DNA of 64,000 nucleotides. Source: Chrysomallon squamiferum (taxonomy: Eukaryota; Animalia; Mollusca). Shown piece after piece: positions 11,801 through 49,799 of this stretch. A model generated the notes under the pieces. That model was not told the origin of the DNA and ran no database searches. It worked only from the letters and a program-made list of their open reading frames with translations. Positions within the stretch are counted from its first letter, which is position 1, and each line of letters opens with the position of its first letter. Both the position numbers and the translations under genes were made by a program. The stretch covers positions 11,842,001-11,906,000 of the forward strand of contig CM022676.1 in the NCBI GenBank assembly GCA_012295275.1, read 5' to 3'.

Positions 11801-14800
11801 ACGTAACATAAACAAAACCCAACCTGAGAAATTTGTTTTCCATTGAGAAGAGTTCCACTTTCACTTCCTCTGTCTGACAGTACGTAGCAGCGTCTGTCAT
11901 AGTCAAAGTATACGTCTGCATGTATCTACAAAATAAAACCCAGAAACATACACACACGAATACTCGTAAATTTATACACTATATTTAAAACAAAGCTGCA
12001 TTACAAAGTATTTCTCAAATTACATTATGTTATAAATTGCACAAAGTATAAATTGTTAGAAAGTAGATTATAAATTACATAAAAATAAATCTTTATTACA
12101 GAGTACATTCATAAATAATTATATTTAAAATAAATCTTTATTACAAAGTATATTTATAAATTACACTGAAAATAAATTTTTATCAGTTTATTACAAAGAA
12201 GATTCACAAATTATTATATTTAAAATAAATCTTTGTTAAAGTAAATTTATAAACGACGTTAAAAGACAAGTGTGTTTACCTCGCTGATGCTGTTGTCAGG
12301 GATGACGATGGCGTGGTTCATGTTGATGTCTCGTCCTATCGAGCCCCCCGTGCACGTCACAATGAACAACGTCCCCACGTCCAGACAGTCAGACTTCTGT
12401 ACAATCGCTCGGATACACGGCGGCCAGCAGCCTCCTGCTTGCAAAACAAACAAACAAACAAACAAATAAACAAATAGATAAACAAACAAATAAACAAATA
12501 CACAAACAAATAAATAAATAAACAAATAAATAGATAAATAAATAAACAAATAAAAAAAAAACAAACAAACAAATAAATAAACAAAGAAATAAATAAACAA
12601 ATAAGTAAATAAATAAACAAATAAACAAACAAATAAACAAACATAAATAAACAAACAAATGAATAAACAAATGAATAAACAAATAAAAACAAATAAATAA
12701 ATACATAAATAAATAAACAAACAAATAAACAAATAGATAAATAAATAAATAAGCAAGTAGCTACATAATATGTAAGTATGTAAGTGAACAGACATTTAAG
12801 AAGAAATCTTAAAAAAATAATGGGAATAAAAACAAACACAAGAAGAAAATATTTGTTTGAAAATAAAAAATATAAAAAAGTTAATAGTAGCATTTGTTAA
12901 ACATTAATATTATCATGACTATAATGACAAGAGTAAAAAGAAAATTAAAAAGAAGAAAGAAAAGGTTAAACATTTCATTAAAAGCTGATTTAGGCTATAA
13001 GGTTACATCCTTCTAAAAAATCTGAAACAAATATCAGGTACTTTCTGTGCAAAGATAGTAATTAATTAATTAAAAACAATATAAAACCAGTCTTCTCAAG
13101 AAAAAAAGAAGGAAAAAAGACAGAATCATTTGATTGACAGCTGTCAATTACCATTTGACTCCTCCATGTTGTAAGTTTCAGCCTCCTGGACTGCCTTGCT
13201 CTCTTCATCCAACCAATCACAGTTTTCACAGATTTCAACTGACCTGTCAGAATCATCTGCCCAGTCTGCCGACCAATCAGAATATTCTGATGAATACGTT
13301 GACCAATCAGAACTGGACAGTTCTCCTGGTTCTAAATGTTTGTGTGTACATTCCTCCTCCTCACCAGGAGCATCGTCTCTGGTCACATGACACAAAGGTT
13401 TTCTACACTCTGCGTTTCCACGGTTTGTTCTCTCCAAGCTTCTGCTGCTGATGTCACAGCTGTGGTTGTAGTGACAGGCTTGTGTCTTGTCACCCTCACA
13501 TTTAGTCAGGTGTCTTCCTCTTCTAGCCGATTCTCCTACTTTCTCATTCTTGTGTAGCAAACTGTTTTTGTGTTTTCTGTGTTTTCTCTTCAAATGTTTC
13601 ATATCATCGTGTTTAGATTGGTCTTTGTCTTTCGTTTTGTGTTTGTGTTTTCTCTTGTGTTTGTTTTTGTGTTTGTGCTTCATCTTGTGTTTAGATGCAT
13701 GTCTCTCTTCTACTATCACAACATCGTCGTCATCATCACATCTGACACAGGCTTCATGTTCTGCATCATCATCCACACAAGCTGTTCTTTTAATTCTTTT
13801 CTCTACATCACCACGTCTGCTTTTTCTACCATGTTTCCATTGCATCCTCTCAACACAACAACCACACTGACTGCAACTTCTCTCCCCACAGAGACAGCCA
13901 CTCTCTCTTCATCAGCTACAGCAACATCTTTAAACTGTGATGAAACTGAATTAACCTGAATTTTGTCTTCATGCAGACACACACTGTCATCAATTAACTC
14001 TTGTTGATATTCAGTTGATGGCTGTTGATATTCAGTTGATGGCTGTTGATATTCGGTTGAGAGTTGTTGATATTCAGTTGGTGGTTGCTGATATTCCATT
14101 GATGGATGTTGATATTCTGTTGAAGTATGTTGATGCTGCACTGATGGCTGTTTGTCAGTAGTGACTGAGACATATTTATTTTCACTAGTTTCATCAATCA
14201 ACATGTCTGTCTGTAAGTCTGTCCATGTGTGGTTATCTTGTCTGTGTTTGTGAGTTTTAACAAGTTTATGAGCTTCACTGCATCTCTTGATTTTCTCACG
14301 TGTTTGAGTTTCATCACATGTATGAGTTCTAGTGTGAGTTTTAGTGTGAGTTTTAGTGTGAGTTTTAGCGTGAGTTTTACAAAACCTTCCAGCCTGATGG
14401 CACTGATTTGTTTTGCTACAAACATGACGTTGCTTTCTCCCTTCAACACTACTACAACCACATCGTTGTTTTCTCTTTTCAACGTGACAACTCCTGTGCA
14501 GACACTTTCTCTGGCGAGCAAGCATCTACAAGAAAAAGAGAGAGAGACACAAATGTGAACATACCTAATGTAGATTTCAGTGCTAGTTTCCTTATCTGAT
14601 CAGTGACATTCACCACACCATCGTCTTCGTCGGCTTTCTGACAAAAAGACAACGTCAGTGTTTTAGTCCAAATTTCACGGACGTTAATTCTTTTTTTTTT
14701 TTAATCTATATTAACATTATTTAATTTAAATTTCTAAATTGGGACTGAACTATTTTTAGTTTTAATTAAGTAATAGTGTGTCTGTTTTTCTTATCCTTTG

Positions 14801-17288
14801 AGAAAATATCATGGTTTCAGTTTAGCTTTTGATTTTTTTTTTTGTACGTTATCAAAAAAGCATATGAAAAACTGTAGTGAATGATTTGTATAATAAAAAA
14901 ACATGAAAACTGTTGATGCTAAGTAACAATGTTAACAGTGTTGTCCCAGCAATGTAACAATTACGTAATAATGTTTATAATGTTGCCATGGTGATACAAG
15001 AATTTATGTAATAATATTAATGATGATGTCATAGACACAGAAATGTTAAGTAATAATATGTATAATGTTGTCATTATGTAGTGTGTTAATGATGTTGCTA
15101 TGACATATTGAAAAAGGTTTTGATGCTGTTGCTATGGTGATATGAGCATTAAATAAAAGTGTTTATGATACTGCTAAGAAAAGTTTTCAAAGTGATGTGA
15201 ATTATTCAAAGCTGTTCTAAAAGTAAGCTGCGACTGTTGTCTGTACCTGCTTTGTCCTCCTCCTCTCCTCAGTCTCCACACTGCAGAGTTCACTTCCCTG
15301 CCTGCCTTCTACTTTCTTACTATCTTTTACACTTTCACGTCTTTTCTCCGAGTCTGCTTCCAGTTTATTAGTGGCTTCTTTCTGGAATACAGTTTGGTTT
15401 TGAAATGTAAAACCCACACAAAAACACACATATTTAAACATATACACAGAGACAGACACACAAACATATACTGACATACACACACATACTAATACATTAC
15501 AACACACACACACACACACACATGTACTACACACACATGTACAATACACACACACACACACATGTACTAATACATTACAACACACACACACAGACACACA
15601 TGTACAATACACACACACACACACACATGTACTAATACATTAAACACACACACACACACACACACACACAAAGACACATGTACAATATTTACATGTACTA
15701 ATACATTACACACACACATGTACACATGTACTAATACATTACAACACACACACACACACACACAACACACACACGTACTAATACATTACAACACACACAC
15801 ACACACACACTGCTCCCCCCATGCTAATCATGTGAACAGACAGACAGCAAGATGTACAGACAGCAGTGCTTACCTTTGATAGACCAATCAGGTGAGAGTA
15901 CATCTTGTAGCGAGCAGGGTCAATCTGAGAGTGGACAACATACTGACCATCGGCCTCATCGTAGTAGAAGTAATTTCCAGTAGTTGGGTCATAGTACATA
16001 CTCTTTTCCTGTTGAAAATAATAAAGTAAAGTGTGTGTATATATATCTATATCTATCTACATATATATATAGATATATACACAGACACACACATATATTA
16101 TTACACTACTGTTTTAGAGAAAAGCATATGTATTTATTTAACATAAATATTTTTGTACAAATAATTGTACTAAATTCTTATAAATGCATTTTTGATATGA
16201 CATGCAGCAATTATTATAATAAAACCTAACAACATTTTCAGTGTGATTAATGTTTGGCTAACGATGCGATATTATTTCAAAACTGTTTCACTCTTCTCAA
16301 GTTACAACTGTATTGACTGTGAGATACTGTTGATAAACACACACACAACAAAATAAACAAACAACAAATACCCCGTCGTAGTAGTAGTTGGTGTTGTAGT
16401 CGTAGTACAGACCGGATGTCTCGTCATACATGAAGCCAGTTTGCTGCATGACAGCTTCAGCTGTGGCTTTAAGAGTATCTTCTATAGATACAGCTGTGTC
16501 TGTTGTACCCTGTGGATGCAGTACAGGTGGGTTAGCACATCTGTATCAGTATCTTTATACGTATCTTTGTGATTGTGTCTAATTGATGTTTGTGTTTGTT
16601 TATATGTGACTGTATGGGTAGGCTCAAAATGTTAGACATAGAAGTTAACTGAAATTATAAGGTAAGTAATAATAATAATAAAAGCAACTGTATAGATGAT
16701 GGTTTCATACTGATAAAATCGATTAAGTATCTATAGAAAACAATTAACAACTCAGGTCCATCACAAGCGTACATGAACCTGTGATAAGAAGAGAGAAAAT
16801 AAAAAAAATACCTGTTCTTTATCTTCATTCCACACAGTCGACACAGCAACATCATCATCCACTGAAACACAATACAAACAGCATCAGCAACAACTACCTG
16901 CACCACTATGATTACGACAACAACCACATCAGCAGCTGCTGTCACTACTACTACAGAATAACAACATCAGAATGTAACAACAACATGTGTAACTACTTAA
17001 TGTAACAAACTAACCAGGTCCCGTCTGCTCCGAGTCTGTCTGCACCTGAGCGTCCTTCCTGTCTGGGTGTCTGTATTTCTGTATCTGCTCACTGAGTTTC
17101 TCTATCTCCTGTCTCAGACTGAGGTTGTACTGAGCCAGTCTCTCCACCTGCAGATCTTTAGACGACAGTTTGCCCAGCGTACTCGCCAGAACCTTTTTAG
17201 TCGTCTGCAGCTCGGAGAACACCTGCGAGTAGCTCTTCTGAAGTTCCGAGAGAACTTCGCTCTTACACTCCTCAACATCACCTGCCAT
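8849..17288 (-). CDS. AGGF1: Angiogenic factor with G-patch and FHA domains 1 homolog
   Basis: Minus-strand exons 17288-17015, 16861-16812, 16509-16372, 16008-15874, 15381-15247, 14637-14565, [14525-13152], 12434-12280, 11925-11824, 11458-11320, 10802-10720, 10225-10095, 9427-9328, 9019-8849. Phases are consistent; 561 aa without the bracketed exon. N-terminal coiled coil; OCRE (QTGFMYDETSGLYYDYNTNYYYDGEKSMYYDPTTGNYFYYD); WPPCIRAIV plus FHA (IGRD...SEIH...HGD); DTCDACEPGQV; G-patch (NKGHRLLAKMGWKEGQGLGK...AGLG). Confidence 0.93.
9000..9190. repeat. Triplicated 3' splice site of the AGGF1 last exon plus an inverted copy forming a hairpin (9110-9170)
   Basis: gatctgaaacacaaaatacaacac occurs at ~9017, 9061 and 9121. 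Arms 9110-9134 and 9146-9170 are reverse complements with one mismatch. Confidence 0.9.
10500..10716. repeat. 25-bp tandem repeat (ctgtcactagttaaaacagttgtca), ~8 copies, abutting the AGGF1 donor at 10719
   Basis: Visible directly. Confidence 0.9.
11100..11332. repeat. 58-bp tandem repeat, 4 copies, each containing the AGGF1 exon end and 5' splice site
   Basis: ctcacctggtttgttctg occurs at 11141, 11199, 11257 and 11315 (CAG|GTGAG on the minus strand). Confidence 0.9.
13152..14525 (-). other. AGGF1: Large low-complexity AGGF1 exon (1374 nt, phase 1-1) whose coding potential is split over two frames
   Basis: Acceptor ttcttgtag at 14526 and donor AATG|GTAATT at 13151. ORFs 14525-13803 and 13845-13144 overlap in different frames. 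Contains (KTHT)n, (STEYQQP)n and (KH)n repeats, and an EPGELSSSD motif resembling the vertebrate EEGEITDS motif before the FHA. Confidence 0.65.
15480..15810. repeat. Compound (CA)n minisatellite with catgtactaatacattacaa spacers
   Basis: Visible directly; lies in an AGGF1 intron. Confidence 0.8.
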
Positions 17289-18699
17289 CACGTTATCAGC
17301 TGCTTTGTGAGTAAAAACAAAATAATAATAAAAATAAATAAATATAAATAATAATAAAAAATTATAATAATTTTGAAATAATATTTAGGTAATTTTAATG
17401 TGGTGTTCAAAAGTAAAAAATATTCTATTAAAAGCTTAGCAGATTTTTCTTAAACTCCAGTCAAAAGATTATTTGGCATTTTATATTTCCTATTCAAAAT
17501 AAAACATTACATATAAATCGTAGTTTTTATATATTTTACTAAGAAACTGTATTTATTTATTTATTTATTTGATTTATTTATTTAAATATTAGTTTTGCTT
17601 TAAGGGTCTGTGCTATTTGAAAATATTCATAATCATTTACGCTGTACGATGATCATTTTTTTGCGAGTGTTCTCGTTGTTTTTTAAAACTAAATACACTG
17701 CTCCGTAACTCATAATCTCCATGGCTTTCTGCAAACAACTTGTAATTAAAAGGTTATGTGTCATCAAATAACAAAATTAATTTAGCAATTGCTGTTGTGT
17801 TTGACAGTTTGCACTGAATGCTTCCTTTTATTTTTATTTTTAAAAATTCGCTTTACTAAATTACTTAGTTTTATTTTAAAATAAACTAATAATATTAAAA
17901 TAAATTAAAATGAAGAAATACATTCATTAAACCGTGAGAGGAATTAAATACAATATGACATTAATTAAATACCTTTCTTTATAAATAAATAATTTCTTTA
18001 TCTTGTTCAGGTTTTGTACTAATGTCAAAAATACCGTTTCTAACCGTCCATCATGGACGTTTCCATTACAATTCTTTCGATTCAAATTCCTCCTCACAAC
18101 TTGAGATCACATATGTTTAACAACAGAACAAACATTATCTTTGTCTTATTAAGGCAGGCATTATTTTTTATATTGAACTGTTAATAATTAATCTCGTATT
18201 ATGAATAGTATATTATTCATGGCTAAGTTGAACACACAAACATTTTGTTGAAGTTGTTTCTATTATTAGGTATTCGAAAGCGCTAATTTTGGTCCGATAG
18301 TGTTTTGACCTATTTTTAGGATTTTTGAACTCTTCAATTCCTGTCTGAATAAAAACTTATTAAATGGAATATACGAAATTTTATCTTCGTGTTTATTGCA
18401 CAGATGTTACCGTGTACTGTCATAATAGGGCTTAATCTCATTCGGAAGTGTCCTGTTATCTCGTTATGTTTCTTCAAACGTGTTTCGCGAATATCGTTCA
18501 TACACTAGCTCTAGCTCTACAAGTTTTCTTCATATAAACAACCTGGACCAAAGAGAAGTTCAGTATCTTAGCTTCATTTGTATGTCCGTTATAAAAAGAT
18601 TTTGTCCCCGTAAACGGTAGAAAACATTGATGGAAAACCTTTGTAAAATCGTTTGACCCCTTTCAAATTATATCACTATAAAGAGTAATATTTCATCGT

Positions 18700-19660
18700 T
18701 TTCCTTCTTACTGGTCATTATTAATCCTGTAGCGTTTACCTTTGTGATTTATTTTTCTGCGGTTGTGAAAAAAACCTTGGAAATAATATTGAAAATGACG
18801 GTGGAATATGTGTGTTTAATTGGTATTAGTGGGGAATATTCAGCTTTTTTTTGGATCAACACATACTACATACGTAATAAATAATAAAATATGCCACTGA
18901 GTACAAATTTATGTATTTAGTTTTTCCTTCTTAGGTTTGACTTTTACTTTATAAAGTCCACTCCCACATTCAAACAAGTTCTCAGAGAAACTTTCTCAAA
19001 TGAGGACATTAAATCTTATCCAAGGTAAATTCAGTTTCTGTTCCATTTGCATTCACATAGCAAAACTTATAACTTTTGTAAGTACTATTATTAGATTGTT
19101 TTTCATTATGCTTTGTCGTGTCAAGCATACAACACAACAACCGGTTTTTGTCCATGTGTTGTTAATATGCTCTCACTGTAAAATGAGTTGATACTCGCTC
19201 ACTGGAAGCAAATTGATCTTTATTATTATTATAATTGTGCATTCTTTATTGTTATAATATTAAAGAAAAACTGCAACTCGTTAAAAGAAGAAAAACAAAC
19301 AAACGAATCCCATTAAAATTTACATTTCAAATTTTCTCATTTGTGCTTTGTAAATGCATTTCTTTGTAAATTAAATTTCTGTTTCAGATTTGATCCCAGT
19401 TCCTAACGCACGAGTTGAAAACTTGCAAACCGAAACCGCAATTTGACTCGCTCTTCAGATTCTATTTATAGCAATCTTCGAGGTGACATCTATAAAAATA
19501 TCGATTGCTTTTAGAGCTAGCGATGCCATCCGAGTTTTTACGCTGTAGCTGGCACCAGGGTGATGACGTCACGCAATTATTGATCGTATTGACTGTGCGT
19601 CCTGGAAGCCACCGTCAGAAGACGAATGACCATTTTGCTTGACATATGGTGAGTGTTTGT
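18700..19660. promoter_or_regulatory. Probable shared/divergent promoter region of AGGF1 (-) and the FAM234-like gene (+)
   Basis: The genes are head-to-head. CpG-richer patch at 19400-19650 with TGACGTCA at 19564. Candidate 5' exon donors at 19649 (+, ATG|GTGAGT) and ~18739 (-, AAG|GTAAAC). Confidence 0.45.
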
Positions 19661-19927
19661 TTACATTGCTTCGTCTTGCATTTTACACGTGAATATTTCC
19701 TACGTACTTTTCTCTGGCTAACACAGCCGCCATTCCACACAAGAACAGTTTTTACATCTTCTACGTCTCGCCTCGTCTCATTCATCAAAATGCGTAGATT
19801 ACTTCAGTTTTTTCTTCTTCCTTTGCTCTGATCGATATTTCAGACGAGTACCCTGAAGCGTACTTCCAATTATGTGACAATTTGGAGGTTCATTCATAGC
19901 TAACATAATAACGGTCTTGCTAAACAT

Positions 19928-19959
<32 letters not shown>

Positions 19960-20216
19960 TATCTCTGTCTATATGAAAGCTGGTTAAAAGACGTTTTACG
20001 ACAAAATTAAAAAAACAGCTGTTTTACGTTTGCAACAGTCAAATGAAATTTATTGTTTCAGTTACGCGATGCTTGTTATATTGTGAGAAGAGCTGAACTT
20101 ACATCAAAAACAATACTTACAGGTAAATTACATAGCTATGCAAAATACGTTTGTGTATCTGTGCACTGTGTTATCCATGCTAATTGTACATGTGTGCATC
20201 CATTCACTCATACATC

Positions 20217-20249
<33 letters not shown>

Positions 20250-20380
20250 CACATAGTACACATACCCAGATATATATCTATATACACATACATACATACA
20301 TATATGTATAGACATATATATACACACACACACACACACACATATATATTTGCATGTGTGTGTATGTATGTAGATATATA

Positions 20381-20563
20381 CAGGGTGGCCCAAAAGTAGG
20401 TCTACAGTTATTAAACTATCGTTTATATGCTTGAAGTTACTTGCGAAGTACAATTAACATAAAATACAAAGTTGAAGGAGGACATTATGAGCACCTGAGA
20501 GATTAAACAGTTTCTGTTTAATACTTGAAACATGCTAATATTTTAAAATAAATTGCTACCCTG
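20381..20563. mobile_element. Putative Tc1/mariner-derived MITE
   Basis: Short terminal inverted repeats CAGGGTGGC ... GCTACCCTG (8 of 9 match), TA on both sides, 183 bp, non-coding. Confidence 0.5.
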
Positions 20564-20704
20564 TATTTAGACACGTATACATGCATACATACATAAATAC
20601 ATGCACATGTATACATGCATATGTACATAAATATATACATATACATACATATATACATGAATATATATATGCATATGCATAGAAATAGTGAGATATACAG
20701 ACAT

Positions 20705-20775
<71 letters not shown>

Positions 20776-20829
20776 AAATACTAAAATATCTCATTACATG
20801 TTAACTAATTATGTTGCAGACAGAAGATA

Positions 20830-31376
<10,547 letters not shown>

Positions 31377-32269
31377 TCTACACAGACTGTGTACCCTTGT
31401 TATTTTGTACATATGTATATTTTGTAAATCGTTAAAAAAGTGAATATTATTATTTAAATAAAAAATATGTATTTTAGTCTCTTCGTTATTGATTGGTCAC
31501 GTGACATAGAAGAATAAAATAATATGTTGGCGGATAGTTCAAAGTGATCACAGTTTCCATCTTATTTAAACACTATCTGCACACACATTCACACACACAT
31601 ACACACACACACGCATACACACACACACACACGCACACACACGCACACACACGCACAGACACACACACATTACTGATACTTACTCCTTTAGAGTTCCATT
31701 GCGTTTAGATCTTAAAAAATTATTTTGAATTTTTTTTTAATTTAAAATAAGAAATAAATTGTCATTTAAGAACTATTTTGTTTTGACAGAAAAGATTCCT
31801 TGATGCTAAAGGGTAAGAGTAGTGAGATTTCTTTTTCTATCATCGTAAAAGAAAACTGTATTCTTAACACCAACAACGATACAAATGTTTCTCTCTTTAA
31901 AAACACGGAAACTGAGTAAAATAAAAACAAAAAACTTATAAAACATTAAAAAATCTTGTTTAACGATTTATTAACCTTCAGCCACCAGAGTAAACAAACA
32001 TAATAAATAAATAAATAACAAACAAACATGTTTACTGATTTATCTTACTCGACGTGTGTGTAAATATTATCTCCATTCAAAATATGATACACTAGTTTTG
32101 TATATAACATCTACATAAGTTAATAAATAAAATGAAATAAATGTAATTCAAATAATACATCGTAGGTAGAATAAATACTAATAATTTAGAAATAAATTAA
32201 GTTAAATTAAGTTAAATAAAATAAGTAAATAAATAAATAAAAGTAGTAATAATAGTAATGATGATGATG

Positions 32270-32338
<69 letters not shown>

Positions 32339-33353
32339 TTTGCTTGATAATAACAGAAAACTAAATTTACATAGTTTCTATACTAAGAGTTATCCGATGA
32401 TAAAATATTTTACTACAGGACAGTCCTGAACCGAAAGTTTTCTAATGTAGCAAGACATTATACTGAGAAATAAAAAAATGACGCATGCGCAAACACGCAT
32501 ACATAAACTCTATTAAGTAAAATATATTCGCAATGATAAACATACAGGCAAAATCTTTCATTCATAAATATATAATAGTTATGCAAAAAGACACACACGT
32601 ACATAATCACAGTCACAGATAAACATTCATACATCCATATATTCGCATCCATAAATACATACATACATACACACTCACATACATACATACACACATACAC
32701 ACATACACACATACATACACACATACGTACATACATATACATACATACATAAATACATACATACACACATATATACACACATACGTACATACATATTTCT
32801 GTTTATCCATTTTCTTCCTCTCTCTCTCACTTTGTTAAAGACGCACTCTCATCCACACACAAAAATAAATAAATAAATAAATAAATTAACACTCACACAC
32901 GCACGCACGCACACACACACGTACAGAAAGACCCACGCACGGCACACTAATGTTCTTATTTAAGGCAACGATTTAGGACGTGATATGTCTCACCGATACG
33001 ATATTTCATATCCGGTCGCTCCGGAATTTAATAAATAAATTTAGCATTGAACTGTTACGTAACAGTGTATCTCTGTTGCTTAAAGTCTAATTCCCTGATT
33101 TTAATACTGGAATGTCCTTTCACCTATCGTTTTTGATTATTACATATAATGTTATGGCTAGTATTGCGTGCTGGGACACCCTGGGTTCAAATATTTTTTA
33201 TTTCATGATAATGTCACACCAAGTATTGTATGCTGAGACTACCTGAAGTCTAGTATTTTTAATTATATATATTATAGACTGAAATGTAATATTTTATCAT
33301 GGGATATCCCGGACTCTAATATATTTATATTAGGACGTCCTGATTTTAAATTA

Positions 33354-47179
<13,826 letters not shown>

Positions 47180-47868
47180 CCCAGTGTGCGAGCCTGGCAC
47201 AGAGCTCACTCTACAGTTTCACTGCGAGACGCCGTGCACTCAGCTGTAATTAACCTCGCAGCTGTCGCCGTGCTACCCACGTGGCGTGGTGACGTGGGCG
47301 AACTCCGCATCTCGTTTACTTTAGTATTAATATATATATATATATATATATATCTGTATACATGTTATCTTTATACTTATATCTGTATACATCACATACA
47401 TGTTATCTTTATACATCATATCTTTATACTTATACCTGTAAACATCACATACATGTTATCTTTATACTTATATCTAATTACTTATATCTTTATAAATCAT
47501 ATACGTGCTATATCTTTATACGCCATATCTATGTTATATCTTAATACTTATATCGTTATACTTATTTATTTATACATCATATACAAGTTATATCTTTATA
47601 CATAATTTACAATCGCTGAAACAAAACGACAGAGGTAAAATGATGAAGGAGCCATCTTTTAGCTTACAGACTTTGAACAAAATGTAACAACATCAGATCC
47701 CAGCACAGAAACCTCATTAAAGAACATTTCAGTCTCTACGCGATTTTCTCAGTGATGTGTTCTGTGTAGTGATGTGTTTCCAACAGTTTTACAAATCAGT
47801 CCATTATGAATTACTGAAATATTCTGAAATGTTTTCAAAGGGAATGTTTTATTAAGAATTCTACTGAC

Positions 47869-47902
<34 letters not shown>

Positions 47903-48334
47903 TATTTTATTATTATTTATTTATTTCTTTTTAAATATATATTGAGAAAAGATATTTTTTAAATAGATACTGAGAAAAGATATTTTCTAAATAGTTTTTG
48001 AAGTAGTTTTAAACAGACTTAGAAATGTTTGTAGTATTGTTGTACAAACCCTTTAGCATTGTATATCATTTTAAAATATTTTATTTACGTGAATAAAATG
48101 TGACAGCAGAATGATAAATACGTAGCTGAAACAACCCAGTACAAAGAGATTAGCTTTAAAATCAAACATACTGGAAAATACAAAACAACAGATGTCTTTA
48201 AATCAGCGAAATCCGTAGAGACAAAGTTAGAAAATTATTAATTATTCAAATTAAATTCATACACACACACATACATACATACATACAAACATACACACAC
48301 ACACATATATATAGAAACATACATGAATACATAT

Positions 48335-48379
<45 letters not shown>

Positions 48380-48841
48380 GAAACATACATGCATAAATAC
48401 ATACACATACAAACACAAACAAGCGATGACTGCGGGTGAATGGGTGCCATACGTTCGAGTCTCGTCAGCGGCATCTGACGGGTTTGTGAGGTCGTGATTG
48501 GACTTTGTCCTCCTGCGCCAGGGCGTTCCCTAATACTGTCTATGTGCAGAGTCTAATCAGACGTAGATAAGACAGAGACTATTCAAACATCCTAAACTAC
48601 ATACATACATACATACACACACACACAGACACACACACACACACAGACACAGGCACACAACATTAGAAATGTTTCTCTGAATCACACACACACAATGGGA
48701 AATAACACACAGACACAGAAAATACAAAATTAGTACAGAAACAACACACACATTTAAATGTTTCCATTTTTAATCGTTCTGTATGGGAGATAAAAAAAAA
48801 AAAAAAAATTAAAAAAAAAAAAGCAAAAATTTTTATTGTTC

Positions 48842-48879
<38 letters not shown>

Positions 48880-48951
48880 TTTCTCTGTGCAGTCTAATCT
48901 GTGTATATCAGACTACAGAATATTAATTCCTAAATACACACCTATATAGAT

Positions 48952-48993
<42 letters not shown>

Positions 48994-49753
48994 TAACATC
49001 TTTATGACATCATCGTCTAATTAAAAATCTTGATGACAATAATAATAGTAGTAGTAGTAATAATAATAATTATAATAATAGTAATAATAATAATAATTAT
49101 TATTATAATAATAACAGTAATACTACTCCTACTACTAATAGTGGTAATAGTAATAACAACAACAACAACAACAACAATAATAATAATTACAGAATCAGCT
49201 GTATGCTGACATTAGGTGAAAATAAACTTTATTTTTATTAACAGATCAAGGTTACAATATCATCATCATCATCATCATCATCAAAACCCGTGCAAATGTC
49301 ATCATTATTATCATCATAATCGAAAAATAAGCACATATTTAGAAAAAGAAGACAATAAACAGAAATAAAAACGACGTTGTCGCAGGTTGTGTATGAAGCG
49401 ACGAGGGCGACAACGGCACGTTCACATTCACTGAGAAATTTATTTTTCATTTACTTTAGAGAGAAACATTTTCTTTCCACAACAGCGATACTGTTTGCGT
49501 TGTTTATTCACAGACATTTTTACCATCGCGATTTCTTTTCCTGCAGACGGTGAAAATTAAAGCAGGTTTTAACCCGAGATTTCGTTATCAGAGCAAACCT
49601 CGCAGTCACATCTCAGAGAAAACCTCGCAGTCACATATCAGAGCAAACATATCGCAGTCACATATCGGGGCGTTTGAAAGCAAATCTTTTAATCTCGCTG
49701 TGATTTATTCAACTGAAAGCTTTTAGATAAAAGTTTTTTTGAGCGAGATGTCG

Positions 49754-49799
<46 letters not shown>

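Noticed and set aside
12440-12893. Long hydrophobic ORFs (LFVCLFIY...), likewise 25261-25588, 45545-45907 and 59183-59989
   Set aside because: Translations of (TTTG/TTTA)n, (TTTTA)n and (ATT)n intronic microsatellites, not membrane proteins.
13487-14558. Plus-strand ORFs overlapping the large AGGF1 exon
   Set aside because: Antisense shadows of repetitive coding sequence, with no recognisable domain or splice structure.
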